Source of the DNA: Candidatus Nanohalarchaeota archaeon QJJ-9
GTDB taxonomy: Archaea > Nanohalarchaeota > Nanosalinia > Nanosalinales > Nanoanaerosalinaceae
Direction of reading: 5' to 3'
DNA length: 44,737 nt
Assembly: GCA_022865275.1 (NCBI GenBank)
Contig: JALIDQ010000002.1
Location: 1 to 44,737, forward strand
The notes beneath the pieces are model-generated. The model was not told where the DNA came from and made no database searches. It saw only the letters and a list, made by a program, of their open reading frames with translations. This document shows positions 1 to 9,619 of this stretch, piece by piece (position 1 is the stretch's first letter; each line of letters opens with the position of its first letter). Both the position numbers and the translations under genes were made by a program.

Positions 1-779
1 AGATCAGCTCCATGGCAGACAGAAGCTACTGCGGAGTCTTTCACAATCACCTTCTTCAGGTGTCTTATTCCTGCTTCTATAGGCAGTATGATCTCGTCCA
101 GACGGTTGTCATCACCTTCCTTCCAGTCCATGTACTCGTCTTTAACCTCCTGCAGCTTCCAGAGGGAATCCTCACCAAACACCCCCACCTTCACGCGTCT
201 GAGATCCTCCATCTCTCCTTCTGTACCTAACTCCTCGGCAAAACTCCTGCAGAAAACCCTTACATAGAACCCTTTCTCGCATTCTATCCTGAAGAGGATT
301 TGAGTGCCTTTAACCTCAAGAATATCTAAATCGTAGATCTCCCTCTCCCTTTCCTCACGCTTTACTGCAGATTTCTCAGGTGGAACCTGTTTTACCTTTC
401 CTATATAATCCTCTGCTTCTTCGGATATCCTACTTTTACTAAACTCTTCCTCCAACTCCATAGAACCTACGTAAGCCTTCCCTGCGTTAGTCAAGGCCTG
501 AAGAACCTTTGTACCTCTATTAGTAGCTACAGGGAGAACACCTGTTGCGTTAGGATCAAGCGTTCCAGAATGTCCTGTCTTTCCCCTTTCAAGAACCTTC
601 TTTACCCAGATAGAGACCTGGTGAGAGGTAGGACCGTCAGGTTTGTCTAGGATAACCAACCCGTTGCTTAACTTTTCTTCCATAGACCTTTCTTCAGGCC
701 TTTCTCCGTAGGACCAGTCTGTCTCTGCTTCTTCTCGTATCTTCCATTCCCTGTTGTAGTTTTTCTTCCCGGGTAGCAT
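1..779 (-). CDS. cbf5: H/ACA RNA-guided pseudouridine synthase Cbf5 (TruB family); C-terminus runs off the window edge
   Basis: Not in the ORF track. Manual translation from ATG at 779 gives MLPGKKNYNREWKIREEAET...ILDKPDGPTSHQV...GHSGTLDPNATGVLP...VKQVPPEKSAVKR..., i.e. TruB/Cbf5 motifs I and II including the catalytic Asp in GTLD. Confidence 0.93.
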   Translation of the reverse strand, partial: MLPGKKNYNREWKIREEAETDWSYGERPEERSMEEKLSNGLVILDKPDGPTSHQVSIWVKKVLERGKTGHSGTLDPNATGVLPVATNRGTKVLQALTNAGKAYVGSMELEEEFSKSRISEEAEDYIGKVKQVPPEKSAVKREEREREIYDLDILEVKGTQILFRIECEKGFYVRVFCRSFAEELGTEGEMEDLRRVKVGVFGEDSLWKLQEVKDEYMDWKEGDDNRLDEIILPIEAGIRHLKKVIVKDSAVASVCHGAD

Positions 780-814
780 ACAAAGAAAGAGTTGTACAAG
801 AGATTTAAATTAAC

Positions 815-1579
815 TTACTGTACACCCAGCAGTTTCCTGAATATAAAGGTGAATGGGAACTGGAAAAGTATATAGAAACCAAGCCATTCAAAGCTACTTC
901 CTGCAAGAGGGAGGCTTACAGGAAGCTGTAGGAACTCTAGAGCGAGCTTTACCTCTGCCTTAGACTCATCTTCTGTAACGCTTATGTCCCTTACCTGCCA
1001 ACGCATATCTTCGAGCTTTATCTCCTCGCTTGTATTGTAGGTCTGGTTGTTATGGACCAATACGTAGCTGCTGTTTCCTTTTCTCTCCACTTCAAGCTCT
1101 TCAAGGTTGTATCGCCCGTCCATCATCGTAAAGTTGCCTTTAAAGCCATTATCTGCCTGCGGAAGGCCTACAACAGGAACAAATGTATGGAGAATATAAG
1201 GAATGATAAGGAAGAACACGAACATAGAAGCTATCATAGGCTTGAACATAGATTTGAACATCTCTTTCTGCAGTTTCATGTTCTCGCTCATATACTTGTT
1301 TGCTTTGTCCATCTCTCCCTCACTTCTAGCCTCCTTCATATCGTTCTGAAGCTCTTTTTGCTTATCTTTTATCTCTTGGTGCCTTTCTTGGTCCATTAGT
1401 AGAAGATAAAGCACGGATATAATCGCCGCGATTATTATAGAAATCAGACCTACGGTTACCTGCGCAGATGTAAGATTTACTCCTATAGTAGAGAAAACAA
1501 TACTAAATATTGCGTCTATTACGGGAAAAGCGGGCTCTACAACCCCCATAAAAAGTCCGAAAAGGAAAGGATAGCTCAT
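815..1579 (-). CDS. DUF106 / EMC3-TMCO1 (Oxa1 superfamily) membrane protein
   Basis: TM helix, then a cytoplasmic coiled coil (QERHQEIKDKQKELQ), MFKPM motif, second TM and C-terminal WLGFYIL...RKLLG. Lies downstream of secY as usual in archaea. Confidence 0.85.
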   Translation of the reverse strand: MSYPFLFGLFMGVVEPAFPVIDAIFSIVFSTIGVNLTSAQVTVGLISIIIAAIISVLYLLLMDQERHQEIKDKQKELQNDMKEARSEGEMDKANKYMSENMKLQKEMFKSMFKPMIASMFVFFLIIPYILHTFVPVVGLPQADNGFKGNFTMMDGRYNLEELEVERKGNSSYVLVHNNQTYNTSEEIKLEDMRWQVRDISVTEDESKAEVKLALEFLQLPVSLPLAGSSFEWLGFYILFQFPFTFIFRKLLGVQ

Positions 1580-1610
1580 GGTTTATCTTCTCCAGACGAT
1601 ACTTTTAAGG

Positions 1611-3053
1611 TTAGCCCATATCCGACATGAAGTTCCTGAGCGAGGGATGCATATCCTCTAGATGTTTCTTAACGACTTCCTCGTAAAGCTGGAAGGAAAT
1701 CATAACAGCAAGCAGAATCCCTGTTCCTGATCCGAAAGCGTTTGTGAAGTTAGCTACCGCGGCGAGCAGACCTATAAACGCTCCTCCGAGGATGGATAAA
1801 GCGGGAATATATCTGTTCAGTATCTTCACAATCACGCGTTTGTCTTTCCTGAAGCCTGGGACCTTCATCCCTGTATTCATAATCTTCTCAGCTACAGAAT
1901 GTGGATCCTGGCCTGAGGTCTCCATCCAGAAAAGGGAGAATATCGCTGCTCCCACGATATAGGTTGCGGTATATGTTATAGCCTGTATAATAGTCGCTAC
2001 AGGAACTTGAAGGCTTACCGTGGTTATAGACTGCCATAAGAGGGTTGGAATGTTCTGCGGAGAGGTGAAGTAATATATAAGCTGGTTTGCTGCGGGGGAG
2101 GAGTTAGGAGCGTACTGTCCCACGAGATAGAAAGCCTCTTCCATGAACGGAAGCTGGAAAGAGAGCTCTATTCCTCTCTGGCTTACCATCGAGGCGAAAA
2201 GTCTTAGGTTGCTCATTATAGCTGATACAAAGATCACAGGGATAACGCTTGTGTATACAAACTTTAGAGGCCATTTCCTACCGAAGCCCCGTACATTTCC
2301 AAAGGTCAAAGGTATCTCTACACGCATGGACTGCGCATAAACCGCTACAGCGAATACTAGTACTGTGAACAGCAGTCCTGAAATAACACTGGGAGAAAAG
2401 ACTCCTGTCATAAACTGTAGAAGAGCTCCTACGGGTGTAGCTCCTGTTTCAGCAAACCATAGAGCCCCACCGGATGTAAGAGGAGATATTAACCGTACGA
2501 CTATGGTTTTAGATACTCCTCCGAGGATGAATAGGGATATTCCTGAGTGGAAACCCCATTTAGATACAACCTCGTCCATAAGGATTATAAGCCACGCTCC
2601 TAGAGCTAGCTGGCCTACTACTAGTCCAAAGGTAGATAAGCCTGTCCCTGCTGGTTTTATAGCTCCCATAGCTACAAAAGCGACAGCTTCAAACAAGCCA
2701 AAAAGATAAGCCAACAATTTTTGCGTGTTCTGGAACTTTGCTTTTCCTTCAGAAGAGTTCAGATCCCAGGGAATTATGTCTGAGCCTGTCAGAAGCTGCA
2801 GTATGATTGAAGCGGACACGATAGGCCCGATACCCAGCGTTACAAGAGTACCGATTCTTGCTCCTAGAATAGTCTGGAAAGTCTGAAACTGCTGTAGCTG
2901 TGCTGGAGAGGCCCCAAAGATATATATTTCGCTCATAACGAAGTAGAGAACCAGGATTGTAGCAGTCCAAGTAAGCTTCTCCTTAAAACTTATATTGCGG
3001 TCTGGCCTCTTGACTGAGGGTAGAAAGTTTGCAATTTGTGCTATCATGGACAT
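1611..3053 (-). CDS. secY: Preprotein translocase subunit SecY (Sec61alpha)
   Basis: Multiple TM segments; motifs LGIGPIV, SGISLFI, PLKFVYTSVIPVI, PGFRKD, GSGTGILL; follows uL15. Confidence 0.98.
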   Translation of the reverse strand: MSMIAQIANFLPSVKRPDRNISFKEKLTWTATILVLYFVMSEIYIFGASPAQLQQFQTFQTILGARIGTLVTLGIGPIVSASIILQLLTGSDIIPWDLNSSEGKAKFQNTQKLLAYLFGLFEAVAFVAMGAIKPAGTGLSTFGLVVGQLALGAWLIILMDEVVSKWGFHSGISLFILGGVSKTIVVRLISPLTSGGALWFAETGATPVGALLQFMTGVFSPSVISGLLFTVLVFAVAVYAQSMRVEIPLTFGNVRGFGRKWPLKFVYTSVIPVIFVSAIMSNLRLFASMVSQRGIELSFQLPFMEEAFYLVGQYAPNSSPAANQLIYYFTSPQNIPTLLWQSITTVSLQVPVATIIQAITYTATYIVGAAIFSLFWMETSGQDPHSVAEKIMNTGMKVPGFRKDKRVIVKILNRYIPALSILGGAFIGLLAAVANFTNAFGSGTGILLAVMISFQLYEEVVKKHLEDMHPSLRNFMSDMG

Positions 3054-3065
3054 ATTACTCCCTCA

Positions 3066-3491
3066 TCAGACTTCTATTGCTTCATTACCAGATTCTTCAA
3101 TCTTTTCTTCGGCCTTACCCGAAAAATCCGGAGCTTTTACATCTATATCATTTCTCAGCTGGCCTTTTCCAAGAACCTTGTCGAAACCAGCTTCCTCCGC
3201 ATCAAAGACAAACTTGCCACTTTCTTCCTCGGCAGCACCTTCCTCGACAAACTCTTCGATGTTCTGGTCGATTTCAAGGAGGTTGATCGCTTTTTCTTCC
3301 TCTACTATGGACTTTGGCCTGTTGAATCCTTTGTCTGAACCTAATACATCTTCAGCAAGCCCTATCTGTTTCTTATGCTTCGCTTTCTTTCCTTTACCTG
3401 CTTCTCCCCTTCCTCCACGGTTTCCTGCATGTCTTCTCTTCTTGCTTGTGCCGTGGCCGTGTGTGTTGCTTCCTCTTCCTTTCTTTGACAT
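3066..3491 (-). CDS. rpl15: 50S ribosomal protein uL15
   Basis: RGSNTHGHG...RGGRGEAG, KVLGKG; spc operon position. Confidence 0.96.
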   Translation of the reverse strand: MSKKGRGSNTHGHGTSKKRRHAGNRGGRGEAGKGKKAKHKKQIGLAEDVLGSDKGFNRPKSIVEEEKAINLLEIDQNIEEFVEEGAAEEESGKFVFDAEEAGFDKVLGKGQLRNDIDVKAPDFSGKAEEKIEESGNEAIEV

Positions 3492-3501
3492 ACTATCACC
3501 T

Positions 3502-3849
3502 TTACATCTTTTTCAAAAGTCCTTCAATCTCCTCTCCCCTATATCCGAGCGAACCTCCCTGGTTGAACTGCGATTTAGTATCCTTGTATCCCTTGCTTGG
3601 AGGATTAGTAGTAACTAGAGTCTTTCCATTGATTTCCACACCTTTTTCCTTACAGAACTCTTTGGCGAACTTCTTATCTACTTTTCCATAGGCTATTGTG
3701 TCCTTTACCTTCTCCAGCATACCTTGGAACTCGTCTTCTTCAGGGAAGAATCCGATCTGGTTCTTTTTCTCAAGTCCAAGTAGCTCAAGAGTGTCCTTGA
3801 CCTCCTTTGCTGCGTCCGGTTTTCCTACTATTCTTACCGCTGCAAACAT
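3502..3849 (-). CDS. rpl30: 50S ribosomal protein uL30 (short form)
   Basis: FAAVRIVG...DTLELLGL...GMLEKVKD...PPSKGYK...LGYRGEEI; lies between uS5 and uL15. Confidence 0.93.
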   Translation of the reverse strand: MFAAVRIVGKPDAAKEVKDTLELLGLEKKNQIGFFPEEDEFQGMLEKVKDTIAYGKVDKKFAKEFCKEKGVEINGKTLVTTNPPSKGYKDTKSQFNQGGSLGYRGEEIEGLLKKM

Positions 3850-3852
3850 GTA

Positions 3853-4551
3853 TTACACCTTACCTCGGATTAGGCCTGTACTTTCCTTCGCGTTTTCAGG
3901 CATCTTGATCTTGTTCATGTTTTTGAAAGCGTTGAAGGTAGCTTTCACAAGGTTTTCCCGAGTCCTTGTATTTCCTCTTGACTGAACCCATATATCCTCA
4001 ACTCCTGAAAGCTCTAGCATCTTCTTTATGCCTTCGGATGCAGCGAGGCCTGTACCTTTTGGTGCAGGCTTTATACCCACTTCTACAGAGCCAGACTTTC
4101 CTTCCTCTCTGAATGGAATAGTATTAGGTTGGGTTCCACGGTCCTCCCATGAACCGTTTCCTCTTCTTATCTCGATAAGATCGAGCTTTGCGTTTTCTCT
4201 TGCGTTATCGATGGCTTCACGTGTATCGTCCGCATAACCTTCTCCTACACCTAACAAACCGTTTTTATTACCTATAACCACCATTGCTTTAGATTTGAAT
4301 CTTCTTCCGGACTTATGCATCCTTACAGTTCTTTTAGAAGCAGTTCTTCTTTTTCCCCCTCCCTTCCCTGGAGAACCTCCTATAAGGATTACTTCCTCGT
4401 CCAGGTTTGGAACAAGGTGGTCGATTATCTCCGGCTCTTTAAGCTCCTTTTCGTAGTTGAGCGCTTCGTGTATATCAGTTAGCTTACCCTGCTTTACAAG
4501 CCTTCCCAGCTCAGTCTTCGGCTTCCATACTTCTTGCTCTTCTTCTGCCAT
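3853..4551 (-). CDS. rps5: 30S ribosomal protein uS5
   Basis: WKPKTELGRLV, RMHKSGRR, PAPKGTGL, DIWVQSRGNT. Confidence 0.97.
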   Translation of the reverse strand: MAEEEQEVWKPKTELGRLVKQGKLTDIHEALNYEKELKEPEIIDHLVPNLDEEVILIGGSPGKGGGKRRTASKRTVRMHKSGRRFKSKAMVVIGNKNGLLGVGEGYADDTREAIDNARENAKLDLIEIRRGNGSWEDRGTQPNTIPFREEGKSGSVEVGIKPAPKGTGLAASEGIKKMLELSGVEDIWVQSRGNTRTRENLVKATFNAFKNMNKIKMPENAKESTGLIRGKV

Positions 4552-4552
4552 A

Positions 4553-5062
4553 TTATCCCTCTATCTCAGATTTTACTTCTTCAAAGTTTTCGGTAATACC
4601 ATTGTTCTTAAACTCTTCTATGTGTTCTCCTCTACACCTTTCCTCGCTTGGAAATGCTTTACCATCAGCATTTATGTCCATACCAGCGTCAACAAGACCC
4701 TTTATAGCTGAATAAATCCTCGAGCCATGGTGGTTGTTTTGGAGTCCTATATCCACGACCGCTTCGTCCAGACCTTCTTCAAGAGCTCTTTTACCTGCTA
4801 AAAACCCGGTAAGGTACGCTGCGGGGAGATTGCCTGTATGGTGCTCCCATCCGAACTCTTCCAGGTCGCCTGAAAAAGCGGAGGCCTGAGTTTTATCATC
4901 TTTTCTATTGTATAAAACTAGCTGTACTCTCATATGGTTGTTGCTCTCTCTTACTACAGCTCTGGGCTTACCTGACTTCAAAAGCTCTAGTCTTTTTTTG
5001 TAATCAGTCTTCTTTTCTCTTCTTCTCCTGTGTGGCACCTTGTACTGTGGTCCTTTTGCCAT
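4553..5062 (-). CDS. rpl18: 50S ribosomal protein uL18
   Basis: GPQYKVPHRRRREKKTDYKKRL, NLPAAYLTG. Confidence 0.97.
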   Translation of the reverse strand: MAKGPQYKVPHRRRREKKTDYKKRLELLKSGKPRAVVRESNNHMRVQLVLYNRKDDKTQASAFSGDLEEFGWEHHTGNLPAAYLTGFLAGKRALEEGLDEAVVDIGLQNNHHGSRIYSAIKGLVDAGMDINADGKAFPSEERCRGEHIEEFKNNGITENFEEVKSEIEG

Positions 5063-5063
5063 T

Positions 5064-5510
5064 TTACTCGCCTCTTATCTTTTTATCGATATAGATTTTC
5101 ATATGTTTCTTGTTTCGGAAGAATCCTCCCTTGGCCATGTTGTAAAGCTTGCGGTATTCGCTGCTGCTAAGCTCTCCTTCGTCACGCATCTCTTTCAGCT
5201 CTTCTCTCAACGAACGGATTTTTTCCTTCCATTCGTCCTTGTCGGACTTCCTTCCTCCTTTTGCTCCTTTCCTGCTTCCATGTCCTTTCTTTCTTCCTTT
5301 AGACTTCTGCTTCCGTTCTTTACGGGTCCTTCCTCGACTGTTACCTTCTTTATCCTTTTTCTGTATAGTTCCCCCTTCTATAAGGTTGCGTATATCCTGC
5401 TTGGTTATAGCATCGGCTACTTCGTCTACTTCTTCGGGATCGATCCATACTCGGTTCTCTCCCACGCCTAGTATCTCCGAAGCCATCCTTTTCTGTGAGC
5501 TTACATCCAT
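5064..5510 (-). CDS. rpl19e: 50S ribosomal protein eL19
   Basis: QKRMASEILGVGENRVWIDP, GHGSRKG, YRKLYNMAKGGFF. Confidence 0.97.
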   Translation of the reverse strand: MDVSSQKRMASEILGVGENRVWIDPEEVDEVADAITKQDIRNLIEGGTIQKKDKEGNSRGRTRKERKQKSKGRKKGHGSRKGAKGGRKSDKDEWKEKIRSLREELKEMRDEGELSSSEYRKLYNMAKGGFFRNKKHMKIYIDKKIRGE

Positions 5511-5518
5511 ACTATCAC

Positions 5519-5689
5519 CTAATGATTCCTAAACTCTACTTTCTCCCCTTTCTGGAGCACCATGTAGTTGTTGAATACGGTGGAGCAGTTTGGACATACT
5601 TTACCTTCCTCATCGCTCATATTCTCTCCGAACTCTCCACAGTTGGGGCATTTCCCTTCTCCTGGTTTGTAAAAAGACGCTCCTGTCAT
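5519..5689 (-). CDS. Small CPxCG-type zinc-finger protein (56 aa), not in the ORF track
   Basis: Manual translation: MTGASFYKPGEGKCPNCGEFGENMSDEEGKVCPNCSTVFNNYMVLQKGEKVEFRNH*. Two CxxC knuckles; SD-like GGAGATGA upstream; fills the eL32-eL19 gap on the operon strand. Confidence 0.85.
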   Translation of the reverse strand: MTGASFYKPGEGKCPNCGEFGENMSDEEGKVCPNCSTVFNNYMVLQKGEKVEFRNH

Positions 5690-5704
5690 TGTATCATCTC
5701 CTTT

Positions 5705-6040
5705 TTACCTATTCAACACTTTTATATCCAGCTCATCCGCTTTTTCCAGCATTTCTTCCTTCTTTCTTCCTCCGACTGTTGAGCCGATTCTTGCCGCTTC
5801 TTTCTCAGGGTCGAGTTTCTTCAAATCCTCGGTGTTATGGACTAGCACGTCCTCGTAACCTGAGGGATGAGTTCCGCGTTCATCCTTCGGCTTTCTGTAG
5901 CCAGGGTTAGGCATGTCCTTTGCATATTTCTTCTTCAGCCTTACGTTGCTATGCCTGCCGCGAGGCTTTCTCCAGGAATTGTCTAAACGGTTGAACTTGT
6001 GCGAATTCTGTCTTGTAAACTCTTTATCATCCGACATCAC
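5705..6040 (-). CDS. rpl32e: 50S ribosomal protein eL32
   Basis: FTRQNSHKFNRL...WRKPRG, RGTHPSG; the start may be the ATG at 6037. Confidence 0.96.
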   Translation of the reverse strand: MMSDDKEFTRQNSHKFNRLDNSWRKPRGRHSNVRLKKKYAKDMPNPGYRKPKDERGTHPSGYEDVLVHNTEDLKKLDPEKEAARIGSTVGGRKKEEMLEKADELDIKVLNR

Positions 6041-6561
6041 TTATCACCTTTGCTTGTAATATATACTCCATCCTGGAATTTTCTTAGGTCTCTTGAGCCC
6101 TTGTAACAGGCCTGTTCGATGTTTGCAGCGGTCTGAGATACTTTCTCTTTGTTTGGACCGGACACGGTTATTTCGTCCTCGCTTACCTGCACGTTTACTC
6201 CTTCCAGTATATCGACCTTTCTTGGTGCCCGCTCCCCTATGAAGTTCTGTATAACGACTTGGTTGCCTTCAACTTTGACTGACATAGGGAAGTGCGCGTA
6301 TAGCGCTTTAAGCTTGTATTCATACTCTTCTTCAAGGCCTTCAAACATGTTTTCGACGTGTGATTTGTAGGTACCGATCACCGCTCTATCGTCACGCTTT
6401 GAAGACTCTGTATGGATTATTACTTGACCTCCATCAACTCTAACATCTACTTCCGGATATCCGAACTCTTTTTCTACTTCCTCATCTCCCGCACTAGCTC
6501 TAATCATATCTTCTTCTTTTTCCACTTCTATGTTCTCAGGTATCTCTACTTTTTCTTCCAT
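6037..6561 (-). CDS. rpl6: 50S ribosomal protein uL6
   Basis: YAHFPM, NFIGER, QTAANIEQ, RDLRKFQDGVYI. Confidence 0.97.
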   Translation of the reverse strand: MEEKVEIPENIEVEKEEDMIRASAGDEEVEKEFGYPEVDVRVDGGQVIIHTESSKRDDRAVIGTYKSHVENMFEGLEEEYEYKLKALYAHFPMSVKVEGNQVVIQNFIGERAPRKVDILEGVNVQVSEDEITVSGPNKEKVSQTAANIEQACYKGSRDLRKFQDGVYITSKGDK

Positions 6562-6570
6562 TCTATCACC

Positions 6571-6960
6571 TTAGTAGACGTATGCCAATAGCTTTCCTCC
6601 TATTCCTTCTTCTCTAGCCTCATCATGCGTCATTATTCCTTGAGACGTTGTTAGGATAAGCTTTCCGAAACCTCTCGCGGGAAGATAACGCTTCTCGTAC
6701 TTCTGAAACTCTCCTTTATCTACTGAAAACCTCGGCTTTATAGCCTTACATTCGTTGAAGGTATTTTTAAGCTGTACCTTGAACTTACCTCCTTTCCCGT
6801 CATCTATCTTCTCGAATAGACCTATGTATTCTTCTTTCTGCATTATATGGAGTACGTTCTTTATAAGATTGGAGGCGGGCTCCACAACTACTTCCTGTTT
6901 CCCTATGCTCCTGGCGTTGTCTATTGCTGATAATTCGTCAGCCAGTATGTCTTGCTTCAT
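6571..6960 (-). CDS. rps8: 30S ribosomal protein uS8
   Basis: IKPRF, EKRYLPARGFG, TTSQG, GGKLLAYVY. Confidence 0.97.
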   Translation of the reverse strand: MKQDILADELSAIDNARSIGKQEVVVEPASNLIKNVLHIMQKEEYIGLFEKIDDGKGGKFKVQLKNTFNECKAIKPRFSVDKGEFQKYEKRYLPARGFGKLILTTSQGIMTHDEAREEGIGGKLLAYVY

Positions 6961-6969
6961 ATTTTACAC

Positions 6970-7194
6970 CTAGTCCATTTTTTTGAAACCCAGGTTTTCC
7001 GCTACCTCGCGGAAGCACTGTCTACAGTAGTAGAGGTCGTATTTTCTTATAATCCCTCTACCACGCCTTCCACAACGTCGACATTTCCGTTTTGACTTTC
7101 CGAAGCCACGGTCCTTGGGTTCGTTATGCTTCTTAAGTTTTTCTACCTTGTTGTTATTATCCTTTACCTGCTGTAGTATTCCTTGATAACTCAT
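6970..7194 (-). CDS. rps14: 30S ribosomal protein uS14 (Zn-binding) with an N-terminal extension
   Basis: CRRCG...[15 protein letters not shown]...LGFKK; start set at the ATG at 7194, just after the uL5 stop. Confidence 0.95.
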   Translation of the reverse strand: MSYQGILQQVKDNNNKVEKLKKHNEPKDRGFGKSKRKCRRCGRRGRGIIRKYDLYYCRQCFREVAENLGFKKMD

Positions 7195-7195
7195 C

Positions 7196-7714
7196 CTATA
7201 CACCTTCCACTTCAACGCCGAAATTATCAGCTATAAAGTTTGCAGATTCTTCTGGAGTTACTTGATGCGACTTCCCGACCTTTTTCGACTTGATATCTCT
7301 TTTCTTTACTCTGTAACCAGGTCTTTCGATGTTTACCGCAACATCAAAACCCTGCATACCTATATCCGGATTGTACTCGACTCCAGGGAAGTTGATATAT
7401 TCTTCTACTCCGAATGAAAGGTTTCCCTGCTTATCAAAGTTATCTACAGAGATATTTTCTTCCAGAGCCTGGAAAGCCTTCTCCAAAAACTCTTCCGCTT
7501 CTTCACCTCTTAGAGTAGTCTTTGCACCGATTTCAAGGTTTTCTCTTAGACCGAAACCCTTTGCGTTCATTGAAGACTCTGTCTTTACCGCGTACGAGTT
7601 GGTAAGGGTCTCTAGGAGATTTAATGCTTTATTTACCTCCTTTCCAACCTCCCCTACTCCTATATTCACTGTCACCTTCTCTATCTTTATCTCTTTCATA
7701 GGGTTTTCAGACAT
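7196..7714 (-). CDS. rpl5: 50S ribosomal protein uL5
   Basis: [35 protein letters not shown]. Confidence 0.97.
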   Translation of the reverse strand: MSENPMKEIKIEKVTVNIGVGEVGKEVNKALNLLETLTNSYAVKTESSMNAKGFGLRENLEIGAKTTLRGEEAEEFLEKAFQALEENISVDNFDKQGNLSFGVEEYINFPGVEYNPDIGMQGFDVAVNIERPGYRVKKRDIKSKKVGKSHQVTPEESANFIADNFGVEVEGV

Positions 7715-8397
7715 CAGACCATCACCTCTGGCTCATCTTTTCCTACTACGAATATGAACTCTTCAACGGTTTCGAACTCCTTATCATCGGACTCCAGCTT
7801 TACAAGGTTCTCCTGAGGCCCTTTCACTACCTCGTGCTCCTTTATCTCTGCTACCTCTCCAACGTGTTTTCCACCGGTTATGAACGCTTTATAACCTTTT
7901 TCAAGCGGTATATTCTTCTCGACGCTCATATCCCCTATATTAACTACTAGTGAGCCTTTGGTATCGTATTCTTCGTCTGTAAGCAGGTTAACTCCTGCGT
8001 CCAGATTGAGCTGAGTCTTTCCGCCTTTAACCGTTGTCTTGTCTTCTACACGGAACAGACGTGAATCCGGATCATCCACTTCCTTGAAAACAAGCCCTTC
8101 TTTGTCTATAAGGACTCTATAGTCCTTATCTACCTTATCCAGAGATATGATATCCATAAATCCTATTGTAAAGTTAGTATCTTTCTGTATGTTTCCGTTG
8201 ACCTTTACATTACCTTCTTCAAGTATATTATTCGCTTCAGACTTGCTGTCCGCGAGTTCGAGTATTTCACGTAGCAGTAATACTAGTGGAACTCCAGCTT
8301 CTTCTGCCTTAGGTCCTTTACCCTTAGCTACGTAAGGTTCCTCTTTCCTTGCTACAGGATAATGCTTTGGTGCTGAAAGTCTTTTCTGATGTGCCAT
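7714..8397 (-). CDS. rps4e: 30S ribosomal protein eS4
   Basis: HQKRLSAP, S4-like domain, ITGGKHVG (KOW). Confidence 0.96.
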   Translation of the reverse strand: MAHQKRLSAPKHYPVARKEEPYVAKGKGPKAEEAGVPLVLLLREILELADSKSEANNILEEGNVKVNGNIQKDTNFTIGFMDIISLDKVDKDYRVLIDKEGLVFKEVDDPDSRLFRVEDKTTVKGGKTQLNLDAGVNLLTDEEYDTKGSLVVNIGDMSVEKNIPLEKGYKAFITGGKHVGEVAEIKEHEVVKGPQENLVKLESDDKEFETVEEFIFVVGKDEPEVMV

Positions 8398-8882
8398 TAG
8401 TTATCACCTTCATCCTCTTCAGTATCATTATCTTCTTTCTCTTCTTCGTTTACTTCCGCTTTTTCGTCTTCTTCCTCTTCTGCTTCTATTTCTTTTTTAT
8501 CCTCTTCCGAGATGTTATATTTCTCTATACGAGCTTCATCGTCCAGTTTAAGCTTTGTAAGCTTTAGATTGGAAGGTCTTAGAGCTATCTTCGCGTCTGT
8601 AGTATCCACTCGTTCTCTATCGATCCCTTCCACGTAAATCTTATACTCCTGTTGGTCTACTTTTGATACCTCTCCTGACAGACCTTTCCAGTCCCCTCTC
8701 ATAACTTCAACCTTGTCTCCTTCCTTTACAGGAAGGCTTCTTGTACCTATCTTGTCCCTTACTTTTTCGGATAGATGTGCGGATATGAACTTCTTTCTGT
8801 GGTGGTATTCTGCGTTTTCTCTATACTTCCTCTGCTTCTTGGGCTTCACCGAACTTTTCCATGAGCTTTTCCATTCAGCCAT
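8397..8882 (-). CDS. rpl24: 50S ribosomal protein uL24 with an acidic C-terminal tail
   Basis: KPKKQRK, GDKVEVMRGD (KOW), PSNL. Confidence 0.96.
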   Translation of the reverse strand: MAEWKSSWKSSVKPKKQRKYRENAEYHHRKKFISAHLSEKVRDKIGTRSLPVKEGDKVEVMRGDWKGLSGEVSKVDQQEYKIYVEGIDRERVDTTDAKIALRPSNLKLTKLKLDDEARIEKYNISEEDKKEIEAEEEEDEKAEVNEEEKEDNDTEEDEGDN

Positions 8883-9283
8883 TATACCACCATCGAGGCG
8901 ATTTTTCCTACGGGAGAATATCTTTCTACCACTTCCTTCGCTACAACTCCCTTTATACGGTTTGCTTTAGGCACGTTTGTATCTCCTTCTACGATTACGG
9001 CTGCGTTGTCCTCAAACTTTACTCTCATACCGGATGCGCGCTGGAACTCTTTTTTCTGTCTTATTATAACTGCGTCGTGTACTTCTTTCTTCATCTCCTG
9101 TTCTCCTTTCTTTACGCGAACCGTTACTTTATCAGATATTCCGGCATTGGTTCTCTGCCTTCTTATTCCTTTATAACCTTTTACACCTATCAGCTCGAGC
9201 TTTTTAGCGCCTGAATTATCCGCACATACAAGCTCTGCTCCAGGTTCCAAAGTCTTTGTTATGTTTGATGCTAATGCTTTCAC
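8882..9283 (-). CDS. rpl14: 50S ribosomal protein uL14
   Basis: CADNSGAK, FEDNAAVI. Confidence 0.97.
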   Translation of the reverse strand: MKALASNITKTLEPGAELVCADNSGAKKLELIGVKGYKGIRRQRTNAGISDKVTVRVKKGEQEMKKEVHDAVIIRQKKEFQRASGMRVKFEDNAAVIVEGDTNVPKANRIKGVVAKEVVERYSPVGKIASMVV

Positions 9284-9615
9284 TTTCCATCCCCTTTCTC
9301 GACTATAACGAATTTCTTAGTCTTGGATAGAGGCCTACATTCTGCAATAACTACCTCGTCTCCTTTCTCAGCGTTTATACATTTAGGATTATGGGCTGAA
9401 ACTTTAGTATTACGCCTCTCGTATCTCTCGTATTTTGGCAGTTTGTTCGCGTATTCCCATGTAACTACTGCTGTATTATCCATCTTCGCAGACTCTACAT
9501 TACCTTCGAAAGTCCTACCTCTGACCTGAAGATCTCCGTGGAAAGGACATTTATCGTCCTTGCATTCTCCTTCGGGTTCTTCTACATCGAGTCCAATGTC
9601 TTGTGTTTCGGGCAT
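9280..9615 (-). CDS. rps17: 30S ribosomal protein uS17
   Basis: CKDDKCPFHG, KYERYERR, ECRPLSKTK. Confidence 0.97.
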   Translation of the reverse strand: MPETQDIGLDVEEPEGECKDDKCPFHGDLQVRGRTFEGNVESAKMDNTAVVTWEYANKLPKYERYERRNTKVSAHNPKCINAEKGDEVVIAECRPLSKTKKFVIVEKGDGK

Positions 9616-9619
9616 CTTA

